From positions 128,001-192,000 of the IMG/VR virus record IMGVR_UViG_3300045988_173816: a stretch of DNA of 64,000 nucleotides. One strand, 5' to 3'. Shown piece by piece: positions 25,662-34,873 of this stretch. The DNA comes from a virus. Under the pieces are notes generated by a model that was given only the letters and a program-made list of their open reading frames with translations, was not told the origin of the DNA and made no database searches. Numbering within the stretch: position 1 is the first letter of the stretch; each line of letters opens with the position of its first letter. The position numbers and the translations under genes were made by a program.

Positions 25662-27428
25662 ATGCTTTATTTAGTTGGAGATTCCAATACTGCTAAGAGT
25701 TTTGTCTTAATTGATGCTAAGTCTCAGCACTATTATAAATCAAATATGCAAACAACTTGGAAGTCTTTAGATGCTTACCTTTACTCAGTAAATCCCTACA
25801 ACTTAAGTAAACTTTACAAGCTGAGAGAACAAGTTGAATTAGGTTTGGAAGTATTGTTTTTACCTATTGAGCCTTATGTAACAGGACAAGCTAAGTATTT
25901 AGCTCTAGAAAAGTTCAGGAACTATTATGTGTATAAACCTTGGGAGGGTGTTCCTAGCTTTATTTTCTTAGATAAGTTCATTGACCTTTGGGTATCCCAA
26001 GGTGGTTGCACTCACGAAGAGTTGCAGAACTTTTTAAAGCAGTCTTATGTAAAGTTGGATTCTAAGTCTTTTGACCCTTATGAATACGAAAATAAGAAGA
26101 CAGAGAAACGCCCAAATTCCTCTGTTTCAGGTCAATCGAAGGATTCCACTGTGATTGATGAGTTTCAACGAACTCGTCAACTAAAACTATTGAGGAACGG
26201 TCTGAAGAATATAGTTTCAAAAAGAACTGCACAAGTCGAATTAGAGATACAAAAGAGTCTTGAAAAAGCCGAGGAGACTAAACGACTTAAGCAAGCATCT
26301 GAGAACAAAAGACTGCGGTATCAACGAAAAGCTGAGAGAGGTTTACGTTCTACTATTGAGAATAAGCTCAATCGTTTGAGTAGTTACACTATTCGTAAGA
26401 ACAGAGATATAGAAACTGCGGTATTCACTAATATCAAAGGTGAAGTAGTTTCTGTGAAAGACTTCTTACTAAGTGAATTTGGTTCTAGTTACTTAAATGT
26501 GCCATTTACAACTCATGAGATTGTAATTGGAAGTGAGGTTATAGGTGGTCTTTTAACTTTAAATTTAACTGAGTTATCACGTACAAAGATTACAGATTTT
26601 GTTTACTATTACTATAATATGTACCTCTATACTTTCAAGTATGAAAGATTTTCTTTCAAGGATTTAAAGGACTCTGAGTTCAAACGTTTACAGACTATGT
26701 TTGATTTTAGATGTGAGTTTGACCACTTTAAAGATAGCGGTTTATTCTTCAAGTTAGGTTTAGTAAATAATCATAACCCTTTTGCAAAGTGGGATGATAC
26801 GGCAGAACGTTATGAAAATACAGTATTTACTATATGTGAACTTAGCAGAGAACTGACAAAAACGGATATTTACTTTTCCGTATCTTATTGGTTTGAAAGA
26901 CACACTGATACTGTGACTTCTGTTAAATACAAAGAACGCCAATGGTTGAACAGAGAAGTGATTGAGTCAGAAATTCCTAAGAACAACACTAATATTGTCT
27001 ATGTTTGTTATTTACCAGATAGCCAAGTTATAAAAGTTGGTAGAACTGAGAATTGGGTATCTCGAAGAGGGGTATACACTCGTTCTAGTGGTAACAATCC
27101 TAAAACAAATGGTCGTATGAGACTCTGTTACTTTTGGGAAACGTTTAAAACAGGAGATTCTGTGATTGATAAATACATAATGTTCTGCGCAGAAGACCAT
27201 TTAAAGCGTTTGGCTAATGAGAAGATGAGTTTGGTTGAAGGTAAAGAATACTTTGAGGGTTGTGATATAAATGAGTTTGTAACCTTAGTGAAAGATTATT
27301 TCTCTAAACTTGATTTAGAGACTCTTTTACAGATTAGAAGTTTAAGTAAACTCAAGCACTTTGCACAAAATGAACGTTATAATACAGAATGCCTAATTGT
27401 CGAGTTAAGACGATTAGCGAACTTATAA
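25662..27428 (+). CDS. Large protein with C-terminal T5orf172 (GIY-YIG-related) domain
   Basis: C-terminal IVYVCYLPDSQVIKVGRTENWVSRRGVY fits the T5orf172 pattern (hydrophobic-YV..KIG.T....R). The N-terminal 450 aa are unassigned. Confidence 0.6.
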   Translation: MLYLVGDSNTAKSFVLIDAKSQHYYKSNMQTTWKSLDAYLYSVNPYNLSKLYKLREQVELGLEVLFLPIEPYVTGQAKYLALEKFRNYYVYKPWEGVPSFIFLDKFIDLWVSQGGCTHEELQNFLKQSYVKLDSKSFDPYEYENKKTEKRPNSSVSGQSKDSTVIDEFQRTRQLKLLRNGLKNIVSKRTAQVELEIQKSLEKAEETKRLKQASENKRLRYQRKAERGLRSTIENKLNRLSSYTIRKNRDIETAVFTNIKGEVVSVKDFLLSEFGSSYLNVPFTTHEIVIGSEVIGGLLTLNLTELSRTKITDFVYYYYNMYLYTFKYERFSFKDLKDSEFKRLQTMFDFRCEFDHFKDSGLFFKLGLVNNHNPFAKWDDTAERYENTVFTICELSRELTKTDIYFSVSYWFERHTDTVTSVKYKERQWLNREVIESEIPKNNTNIVYVCYLPDSQVIKVGRTENWVSRRGVYTRSSGNNPKTNGRMRLCYFWETFKTGDSVIDKYIMFCAEDHLKRLANEKMSLVEGKEYFEGCDINEFVTLVKDYFSKLDLETLLQIRSLSKLKHFAQNERYNTECLIVELRRLANL

Positions 27429-27449
27429 ATTTAGAGAGATGATAAAAAC

Positions 27450-27893
27450 ATGGCAAACAAACTAAGAGAGATGGGTTCTCTTTCAGCGGGTAAACGCGAG
27501 GAAAACATTTATAAGGTCTTCGCTTACTTGCATACAAGGGAACAATTTCACCCAGTAAACTTACGAAGTAAGGTTCAGGTTTCGGATAGGACAATTCTAT
27601 CTTATCTAAACCAAATTCAAGAAGCGCAGCTTTTAACTGAGTCTTATCGAGAACGGTTATTAGAGTTGAAAGCAACAGAACAGTTCCGTCAAGGGTCTAA
27701 AACTGATAAAGAGCTTTCTATTTTGGATCAGTTGGAAAATAAGTGGCTTTCACTTGCTGAAAACACCAAGGGTATCAAGGAAGAACGTAAGCGCCAATTA
27801 GAGCAGTTTGTGTTTACACGTGAAAATGAATTAGAAATGTTGTGGCAGCGTTTGGAGTTCTCTATCTTGTTTTTTGAGATGGTAAAGGGGTAG
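27450..27893 (+). CDS. Hypothetical protein, possible wHTH
   Basis: Contains the segment VSDRTILSYLNQIQEAQLL. Weak call. Confidence 0.55.
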   Translation: MANKLREMGSLSAGKREENIYKVFAYLHTREQFHPVNLRSKVQVSDRTILSYLNQIQEAQLLTESYRERLLELKATEQFRQGSKTDKELSILDQLENKWLSLAENTKGIKEERKRQLEQFVFTRENELEMLWQRLEFSILFFEMVKG

Positions 27894-27897
27894 CCGA

Positions 27898-28587
27898 GTG
27901 GAAGATAAAGTGTTTGAAACTGTAGAAACTAAAGATTCGGTTTTGATTGAAGAAATACCTAACGATTTAGGTTCTTTTTGGTCTCAATTCAATTTGAATT
28001 TACCTTATACTTTTTGGATTTGTTTCGGTTTAAGTATACTTGCGTTACTGTTTGTTTTACCTTATGTTTTTTATGGGAGGGAATTACTTTGGTATTTAGT
28101 AGGTCTTTGGGTACTTGTTACGATATACTTAGTTCTTGCAATTAGGTTGAGCTTTTCCTTTACAAGCTCTAAGCTTGTCAAAATTTCAATTATCCCACTG
28201 TCTATTGTAGTTTTAGGTTTAGGTTTTAGAATGTTGAACTTAGATGCTCATGTTAAAGTGAATTATCAGGAGCAAGTTGCGGGGTTTCCTTACGATATTA
28301 TAACTAGTGAAATTGCTAATCCACTTGTAGGAGATAGTGAGTCATTCACTATTTCAGTAAAATCTGAAGACTTTAAATTTAAAGGTCCAGATTTTGAAAG
28401 TTTAGCTACTAAGGTTCGTAGTGGTTCAAAAGAGTATTATAAGGGTTCACTCGAAGAATTTAAACCATTCACGATTTACTATGGTTTAGACGCTCAAGGT
28501 AAAGTTGGCGACATTAGAGGTAAACGTACAGTTTACGGTTGGTTCGGTTCAACCTCTACGGATTTTGTAATTGAGTTAGAAAGGTAA
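27898..28587 (+). CDS. Membrane protein
   Basis: GTG start. Three TM helices followed by a soluble C-terminal domain. Confidence 0.6.
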   Translation: MEDKVFETVETKDSVLIEEIPNDLGSFWSQFNLNLPYTFWICFGLSILALLFVLPYVFYGRELLWYLVGLWVLVTIYLVLAIRLSFSFTSSKLVKISIIPLSIVVLGLGFRMLNLDAHVKVNYQEQVAGFPYDIITSEIANPLVGDSESFTISVKSEDFKFKGPDFESLATKVRSGSKEYYKGSLEEFKPFTIYYGLDAQGKVGDIRGKRTVYGWFGSTSTDFVIELER

Positions 28588-28592
28588 ATAAT

Positions 28593-28922
28593 ATGAGTAA
28601 GCAACTTATTATTTCCTTTGATGTTTCCTCTATACCAATCACAAGTGAGTTTTTAGCTTTATCTTTCTTACACGCATTTGAGAAAGAACTTAAAGAACCT
28701 ATTCCGAAATTGGAGAGCTTTAGAGTTACTTCAGTCTACAAAGTATTAACTTGGTTAGAGTTTCATTACTTAAATGATTTATTTTTAACAGAAGACGAGC
28801 GGTATCACTTACGTTACGTACACTTTATGTTATACAATCTTAACCGAAGTGGTGCAATAACTGAGGTTCATTTTCGAGTCTTGCAAAACGATTTTACACA
28901 TGAAATTACAATTAGAAAGTGA
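28593..28922 (+). CDS. Hypothetical protein
   Basis: ORF with an RBS, overlapping the nrdF start. Confidence 0.6.
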   Translation: MSKQLIISFDVSSIPITSEFLALSFLHAFEKELKEPIPKLESFRVTSVYKVLTWLEFHYLNDLFLTEDERYHLRYVHFMLYNLNRSGAITEVHFRVLQNDFTHEITIRK

Positions 28923-31917
28923 GAATGATTTGACACAAGAAACAGAATACTACAAAGCTATAAACTGGAACGCCATTGAGGATGTAGTCGATAAGGCGAC
29001 TTGGGAGAAACTAACTGAACAGTTTTGGTTAGACACTCGTATTCCTTTATCTAATGATTTAGATGATTGGCGCAGATTATCTGAGAAAGAGCGAGACTTG
29101 GTAGGTAAAGTATTTGGTGGGTTGACTTTGCTTGACACTTTGCAGTCGGTGGATGGGGTATCTGCAATAAAACCTGATGTTCGCACTCAACATGAAGAAG
29201 CAGTGTTGAACAATATTGAGTTTATGGAGTGTTATACGAAAGACCATAAACTTCTAACGATTGATAGAGGTTGGGTTCCTGTAAATCAGATTAAAGAAGG
29301 AGACATTGTTTTAGCTTATAATAAAGAGACTGAGACAACTCGATTTGAGAGAGTAAGTCAAACTTCTAGTCATTTTGCGGAGTCTATTTACCATATTCAT
29401 GCGAAGAATTTTGATTTGAGAGTTTCAGGCGGTCACCGTATGTTATTTGAGAAAGCCCAGAACTCTCGTTACCGTAAAGATTCGTGGGATACTTATACTT
29501 CTCATGTATTAGAAGCGCGAGAGTTTGCAGATTTACCTAAAAACCCCTCTAGACGTTTGGTGTTAGCTCGCTCCTTTGAATCTGAAAAGAAGATTCCTTT
29601 AAGCTTACAGGAACAATTCTATATTCTATTAAGAGAGCGTTCCCACATTAACCCTACAGATCAGATTAGAATCAATCGCTATATAGAGAATAAAGGTAAG
29701 GTTCGAGCAAACACTTGTACAGTTATATTTACTTTTCAGTCAGAAGATAAGATTCAAAATTTGTATAATTTGTGTGAGGCTTTAGGTTATTCAGTTAAAT
29801 TAAGTTCCTTAGAGGTGAGGTCTGAGACTTATAAAAGATTTCTGGTATCAATTCCTTTGGAGGATTATATAAAGAACCACTATGACATTTTAACTTACCA
29901 AGACTTCTTTTCTTTAGATGACTTTGATAGTAATAAAGCAGATTCTTTTATTCAATATTTAACTTATTGGTGTACTCGACAAGAAGTTGGAGTTGAGGGT
30001 ACTTTGAGGAGAGTTCTCTACTATACACGAAGTTATGAAGATTGGAATTTTGTACAAGCACTTGCAACTTTAGCGGGTCATGCTTTCAGAAAAATGATTA
30101 CAGATTCCACATCTAAGTTATCGAAAGCTAAATTGTACACAGTTGGAATCTGTATGACTGAGAAACAGAACTATCTGCAGTTGACAAGAGTAAAAACAGA
30201 TATACTTGAAGGAGAGCAAGTTTACGGTATCGAGGTTCCGTCTAGTTTCTTGGTGGTCTTAGCGGGAGATAAACCTGTAATTTCAGGCAACTGTGTCCAC
30301 GCTAAATCTTACTCATCAATTTTCTCCACTTTGAACACAAAATCAGAAATTGAAGAAATTTTTGAGTGGACTGCAAACAATCAACACCTCCAAAAGAAAG
30401 CTGAAATTATCAAGCGTATTTATGACACAGGAACGCCTTTACAGAAGAAAGTCGCAAGTGTGTTTTTAGAGTCTTTCCTTTTCTATTCAGGTTTCTTTAC
30501 ACCTTTGTGGTACTTAGGAAACAATAAACTTCCGAATGTAGCTGAGATTATTAAGCTTATTATTCGAGATGAGTGTCTGACAAAAGACCAAGAGGTACTA
30601 ACCCCTAAAGGTTGGGTATCCGTTGCGGATATTCGCCTTCAAGACTTGGTTTTGCAATTCGATAGAGAAACTCGCAGAACAAACTTCGCCCCAGTTTTAA
30701 CAATTTCCACAGACTATGCTCCTAAGCTTTACAATTTCAAATCTCAACTTGGTTATGTCGATTTGACTTGTAGCCCTAAGCATAGATTGATTCGGAAAGC
30801 CATTACAAGTGACGGTTTAGTAACTCGAACTGCTGAGACAAATTTCGGACAAACTTCTTCTTGGTTACATTCAACCCCTTTGCTTACAAAGGTTGACGGA
30901 GCAACTTCGCTAACGGATTGGGAGAAGTTCTACCTCCTTATGTCTCGTTATGGTACACTCACTCAACAAGCTCAACAGATTGATTTAGTTGTAAGTAGTG
31001 GTAAGGCGGATGAGATTGAACGCTTTAAAGCTCTATTTGACCGTTTAGGTTTAGACTATGTAGCTTATAATTACAAATACGGAAACGGCAATATGATTCG
31101 TATTTCTGATGTTCCTAATCAGGGTATCGACATAAACAAGCTCAAATTGCTACCTAAAAGAAATTTAAACGAAGTTACTTTAGAGTGGTGCCAAGATTAT
31201 CTGAATACTTTATTTGAGTGGGTAGGTTCAAATGAGTGTGAAACTTCTCTCAACTACTATTCAACACATAAGCAGTACATTGATTATGTTCAAAGCTTGT
31301 GTACACTGGTTGGGTATAAAACAAGAATTTCTGTTGTAAAAGGTAGTGACCCTTATACAGTTGAGGGTGTTAAGAACTACTGTCTTCACGTTATTAAAAA
31401 CTGTTCACTCACTGCAGGAACCTCAGTTGTTCGTACTGAGGTTAAAGGTGCGCAAGTCTACGGTATCCAAGTTCCGTCAGGGTATTTGGTAACACGTGGA
31501 AAAGGTGGTTCTGTAGTTATAACAGGTAATAGTGTCCACGGAACCTACATTGGTTACAAGTTCCAATTAGCCTTTAATGAGTTGTCTGAGGAAGAGCAAG
31601 AAGAGTTAAAAGCTTGGACTTATGATTTACTTTACGAACTTTATGAGAATGAAGAAAAATACACCGAAGAGCTATATGATGATATTGGTTGGACAGAAGA
31701 AGTGAAGACTTTCCTTCGTTACAATGCTAACAAAGCACTTATGAATTTAGGACTTGACCCTCTGTTCCCAGAGAGTGCAGAAGATGTCAATCCAATTATC
31801 ATGAATGGTATTTCGACAGGAACTTCTAACCATGATTTCTTCTCACAAGTTGGGAATGGGTATCTGTTGGGGCAAGTGGAAGCTATGACCGATGAGGATT
31901 ACACTGTTGGTTTATAA
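28900..31917 (+). CDS. nrdF: Class Ib ribonucleotide reductase beta subunit (NrdF) precursor carrying two inteins
   Basis: Extein sequence YYKAINWN..FW..IPLSNDLDDW, NIEFME|..|CVHAKSYSSIF and IIRDE|..|SVHGTYIGY reconstitutes a ~330-aa R2F with both ExxH iron-ligand motifs. Confidence 0.9.
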   Translation: MKLQLESENDLTQETEYYKAINWNAIEDVVDKATWEKLTEQFWLDTRIPLSNDLDDWRRLSEKERDLVGKVFGGLTLLDTLQSVDGVSAIKPDVRTQHEEAVLNNIEFMECYTKDHKLLTIDRGWVPVNQIKEGDIVLAYNKETETTRFERVSQTSSHFAESIYHIHAKNFDLRVSGGHRMLFEKAQNSRYRKDSWDTYTSHVLEAREFADLPKNPSRRLVLARSFESEKKIPLSLQEQFYILLRERSHINPTDQIRINRYIENKGKVRANTCTVIFTFQSEDKIQNLYNLCEALGYSVKLSSLEVRSETYKRFLVSIPLEDYIKNHYDILTYQDFFSLDDFDSNKADSFIQYLTYWCTRQEVGVEGTLRRVLYYTRSYEDWNFVQALATLAGHAFRKMITDSTSKLSKAKLYTVGICMTEKQNYLQLTRVKTDILEGEQVYGIEVPSSFLVVLAGDKPVISGNCVHAKSYSSIFSTLNTKSEIEEIFEWTANNQHLQKKAEIIKRIYDTGTPLQKKVASVFLESFLFYSGFFTPLWYLGNNKLPNVAEIIKLIIRDECLTKDQEVLTPKGWVSVADIRLQDLVLQFDRETRRTNFAPVLTISTDYAPKLYNFKSQLGYVDLTCSPKHRLIRKAITSDGLVTRTAETNFGQTSSWLHSTPLLTKVDGATSLTDWEKFYLLMSRYGTLTQQAQQIDLVVSSGKADEIERFKALFDRLGLDYVAYNYKYGNGNMIRISDVPNQGIDINKLKLLPKRNLNEVTLEWCQDYLNTLFEWVGSNECETSLNYYSTHKQYIDYVQSLCTLVGYKTRISVVKGSDPYTVEGVKNYCLHVIKNCSLTAGTSVVRTEVKGAQVYGIQVPSGYLVTRGKGGSVVITGNSVHGTYIGYKFQLAFNELSEEEQEELKAWTYDLLYELYENEEKYTEELYDDIGWTEEVKTFLRYNANKALMNLGLDPLFPESAEDVNPIIMNGISTGTSNHDFFSQVGNGYLLGQVEAMTDEDYTVGL
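29230..30291 (+). other. Intein 1 (354 aa) in the first ExxH metal site of NrdF
   Basis: Starts with Cys (CYTKDHKLLT), block B VSGGHRM, ends VISGN with +1 Cys. Central ~200-aa insert resembles a degenerate homing-endonuclease domain. Confidence 0.8.
30574..31530 (+). other. Intein 2 (319 aa) in the second ExxH metal site of NrdF
   Basis: Starts CLTKDQEVLT, block B TCSPKHRL, ends VITGN with +1 Ser. A paralogue of intein 1 (VYGIQVPSGYLV vs VYGIEVPSSFLV). Confidence 0.8.
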
Positions 31918-31941
31918 AATGACTTAAATTAAAGTTTCCCC

Positions 31942-31970
31942 TTGACAACTCCTCTAATTTGTGCTATACT
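31942..31970 (+). promoter_or_regulatory. Consensus sigma-A promoter
   Basis: TTGACA, 17 nt, TGcTATACT. Confidence 0.7.
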
Positions 31971-31976
31971 ATAAAC

Positions 31977-32225
31977 ATACTTGGCATAAGGGTGTTCCTT
32001 TACCGAAAACATAAAGCAGATGAATTTACATCCCGCCAGAATAAATTGATTGCACAAAGTCGTTCCTTTATTTGGATATATTTAATATTCGTAGTAAGTG
32101 GTACTTGGTAAGACGTACTGCCCTTTACTACGAATGGTTTATTACGACTCGCACAGGTTGGCTCTAAATCATTTGGTTTAGGGCTTTACTTTCGCTTTGG
32201 AAAGATAGAAAGAAGTAGGTTAGAA
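31977..32225 (+). promoter_or_regulatory. Long structured 5' leader (candidate attenuator/riboregulator)
   Basis: ~250 nt between promoter and ATG. 11-12-bp stem 32087-32098/32123-32135 enclosing a GTAC..GTAC hairpin. Terminator-like hairpin 32160-32185 with a broken T tract. Confidence 0.4.
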
Positions 32226-34019
32226 ATGAACTACGCACAAATTGAAACTTTAGCAAAATATTTAAAAGTTGTAGAAAGCACAAAAGAAGTAGGAGACCTT
32301 AAAAACACTCAGTTGTGTTTAACTTACGGTATCCTCGTAAATCCTTTGGAGCCGATTTCTAAGGAGACAGCAGATGCTTTGATTAAACTTTACGGGGTTG
32401 ATTTAAGAAACTCTAATGCTACTTTTTATGAGAGCTTCGAAGTTCGTAAAGGTTTAAGTTGGGAAGAAGTGGTATTTGACCGTCTTTGTCATTATGCAAT
32501 GACTTACGGTGGGTTGAAAGAGTTTTTTGGTACGGACTTCATTCCTAATTCCGAGGAAAAAGCCTTTCAAACTGCCTTGAATACACATTTAACAACGATT
32601 AAAATTAAATCTTACATGGAAGTTCGAGAAGATTTAGGAGTCTTTCTAAATCAACCTTTGGCTTTACCTACAAGTGATATTTCAATCTTGGCAGACTTAG
32701 TTGAGCATTATGGTGTAGATATTACTGAGAAAGCTAATAAAGAGCTTCAAATTGAGTTCGGGTATCGCTATAAAGTCGCACCTAAAAACCCAGAGTTGTT
32801 AGTTCGTTTGTTGGTTCGTATCTTACTTGGTACAACCGACTATTACAAGAACGCTATGACTTTCAGTCATTTACGCTTTGAAGTGTCACATTTAAGCCAA
32901 GACAAGAAAGACTTGATTGTTTCTCTAGTTAAAAACTATGCTTCAAAATATGGTCTTCAACCATTAGCAGACCATTTTCGACCAAACAAGCAGTTGTGGT
33001 TGACCTTGCGCAAACTAGGTCTTCAAAGAGAAGTAAACGCTATGAAGCGCTTGTCTGAGGTTTCTCGTAAAGACCACACCTTTAAAACTCTAATTACTGA
33101 GTTTCCAAAAGATTTGAGCGGTATCACTAATTACCAGTTAATTCGTTACTACAACTATTTAAGTGAATTGCTTGTGTTGGTTGAGGGTGATTACCAAGTT
33201 TATCGTATTCGTAACGGTAAAACTTATGTAAAAGCTCTTAAACACACTCCGATTAGTGGCTTAGAGTACACGTTGGCTAATTTGTACTTGGAGCGTATTG
33301 GAGAAGAGTTCAAGTCTCGCTTTGCAGAAAAAGAGTTGAAATTCTATCAACCAGAAGAGCATATTTCGATTGCACTTCCAACAACTGCTAAGTCTTTCAT
33401 TGGTTCTTACCCTATGTATACTCGTATTGAAGTTCCAGATAACTACCAAATCGGTATTTATTGGAATCAAGATGGTGACTTGGATTTACACGCACAAAGT
33501 GTAGACGGTCGCCACGTTGGTTACTATTCTGAGAACATCAGTGGTGTCACTTACACAGGTGACATGACTTGTCTAAACCGTCAAGGTTTAGCAGCTGAAG
33601 GGTTGTTAATTGAGGGTGTGCAAGGGTTAACCTTTAGTATGAATCCATATAGCCAACTAGGTTCAGATGCTTGTAAGATTTACCTTTCTAAATCTTTGGA
33701 CAAGAAAGCAACTTCTGTTGTAGAAGATGGTTCTCTTTTGTTCCAAGCAAGTATTCCAACAGATAAAGCGATGGTCTTTGCGACTAACGTTGAGGGTGCA
33801 GTAGTTTTAACAAACTTGTCAGTAGGTGGTCGAGTTCCAAATGAACAAGCAAGTGAGAAATTGACTTTAGCAGTCGAGCGTAAGTCACAAACTGCTCTGA
33901 ATTTGAAAGATTTCGCAGACTTTGTAGGTGCTGAATTTGTGGACTCTGTAGAGGAAGCAACACATGACTTCTCTCAACAAGGGGTATCCGTTGCTACTTT
34001 TACGGATTTGTTGGGTTAA
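32226..34019 (+). CDS. Large protein: helical N-terminal region plus TerD-like beta-sandwich C-terminal domain
   Basis: GIYWNQDGDLDLHAQSVDGRHVGYYSE..TYTGDM..AEGLLIE..TFSMNPY resembles the TerD family (DLD and GD acidic motifs). By eye only. Confidence 0.6.
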   Translation: MNYAQIETLAKYLKVVESTKEVGDLKNTQLCLTYGILVNPLEPISKETADALIKLYGVDLRNSNATFYESFEVRKGLSWEEVVFDRLCHYAMTYGGLKEFFGTDFIPNSEEKAFQTALNTHLTTIKIKSYMEVREDLGVFLNQPLALPTSDISILADLVEHYGVDITEKANKELQIEFGYRYKVAPKNPELLVRLLVRILLGTTDYYKNAMTFSHLRFEVSHLSQDKKDLIVSLVKNYASKYGLQPLADHFRPNKQLWLTLRKLGLQREVNAMKRLSEVSRKDHTFKTLITEFPKDLSGITNYQLIRYYNYLSELLVLVEGDYQVYRIRNGKTYVKALKHTPISGLEYTLANLYLERIGEEFKSRFAEKELKFYQPEEHISIALPTTAKSFIGSYPMYTRIEVPDNYQIGIYWNQDGDLDLHAQSVDGRHVGYYSENISGVTYTGDMTCLNRQGLAAEGLLIEGVQGLTFSMNPYSQLGSDACKIYLSKSLDKKATSVVEDGSLLFQASIPTDKAMVFATNVEGAVVLTNLSVGGRVPNEQASEKLTLAVERKSQTALNLKDFADFVGAEFVDSVEEATHDFSQQGVSVATFTDLLG

Positions 34020-34055
34020 TTTAGAGTTACTAAACAGGTAAAGGTTGGTTAAAAT

Positions 34056-34328
34056 ATGCTTAAATATCATGAGTTCGATACTATCTTGAAACAGTTACAT
34101 GAACTTAAAATTTTAGGAGAGATTGAGTTTGTGTATCCAACCTCTGTGAAGGTTGCACCATTCAAAGATAGAGAAGATGGTACTTATGTAGGAATTTTGA
34201 AAGTAGATTGCAATAACAAACCTCGGTATAAGTTATTCAAAGTTGTCTTTAATTGGAGACCTTTGGAACGGAAATCGGACGTTCTCGCTTACATGTGTCG
34301 TTGTTTGATGGATTATGATTTAATGTAG
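34056..34328 (+). CDS. Hypothetical protein
   Basis: ORF with an RBS. Confidence 0.6.
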   Translation: MLKYHEFDTILKQLHELKILGEIEFVYPTSVKVAPFKDREDGTYVGILKVDCNNKPRYKLFKVVFNWRPLERKSDVLAYMCRCLMDYDLM

Positions 34329-34339
34329 GGGTAAAAATT

Positions 34340-34771
34340 ATGAGTATTGTAAATGAGCTTTTCGCAGATAGTAAACCACGTTTAGAGAATTTCCAAAATA
34401 CTTATTTTGAAGAATTCTTCAAACGTTCTTCTATCTTGCAATGTTTAAAGCAGATGCGTAGAACAATTGCAGTTTCTAAGAATGGTGAACCTGTTGTTTT
34501 TCGTGATTCCTTTGTTGATTCTTTGGGAAGAGTGCAACATATTTTAGTGACATTTTATATAAATAGTAATAGTACCTACACTCTTGCTATTGACTTGATT
34601 TCAGAAGATTACTATGATTATGGTAAATACGATCGAAGTGGCACTAGAGAAGAAGGTTTCTACTTTACTTTTAGTGAAGTAACTAAGAACTTGCAAGTGC
34701 AGTTTGTAAACCGCGCTAATTGGTTTGATAGAAAAGAAATTCTTCGAGCTTTAGAAATTTTATTTAGTTAA
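34340..34771 (+). CDS. Hypothetical protein
   Basis: ORF with an RBS, followed by a terminator. Confidence 0.65.
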   Translation: MSIVNELFADSKPRLENFQNTYFEEFFKRSSILQCLKQMRRTIAVSKNGEPVVFRDSFVDSLGRVQHILVTFYINSNSTYTLAIDLISEDYYDYGKYDRSGTREEGFYFTFSEVTKNLQVQFVNRANWFDRKEILRALEILFS

Positions 34772-34779
34772 CAGTTAAA

Positions 34780-34808
34780 GGTATCCAGCTTCGGTTGGAT
34801 ACTTTTTG
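34780..34808 (+). terminator. Intrinsic terminator
   Basis: GTATCCA-gcttcggt-TGGATAC followed by TTTTT. The 5' arm contains the GGTATC motif. Confidence 0.75.
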
Positions 34809-34815
34809 TTTCTAC

Positions 34816-34844
34816 TTGTAATAACTAACTTTTTATGATATACT
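34816..34844 (+). promoter_or_regulatory. Sigma-A promoter
   Basis: TTGTAA, 17 nt, TGaTATACT. Confidence 0.55.
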
Positions 34845-34873
34845 AAATTCATTAAAGGTTAAGAGGTTTTCAA

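Noticed and set aside
32085-32125. T-box riboswitch (GTGGTAC resembles part of the T-box sequence)
   Set aside because: No specifier-loop or AGAGA / GNUGGNA stem I features, the downstream gene is not an aminoacyl-tRNA-related gene, and the match is only 7 nt.
32226-34019. Ro60/TROVE-like protein with an adjacent Y-RNA-like leader
   Set aside because: No vWA/MIDAS (DxSxS) motif. The C-terminal domain looks TerD-like instead. The idea rested only on size and the structured upstream RNA.
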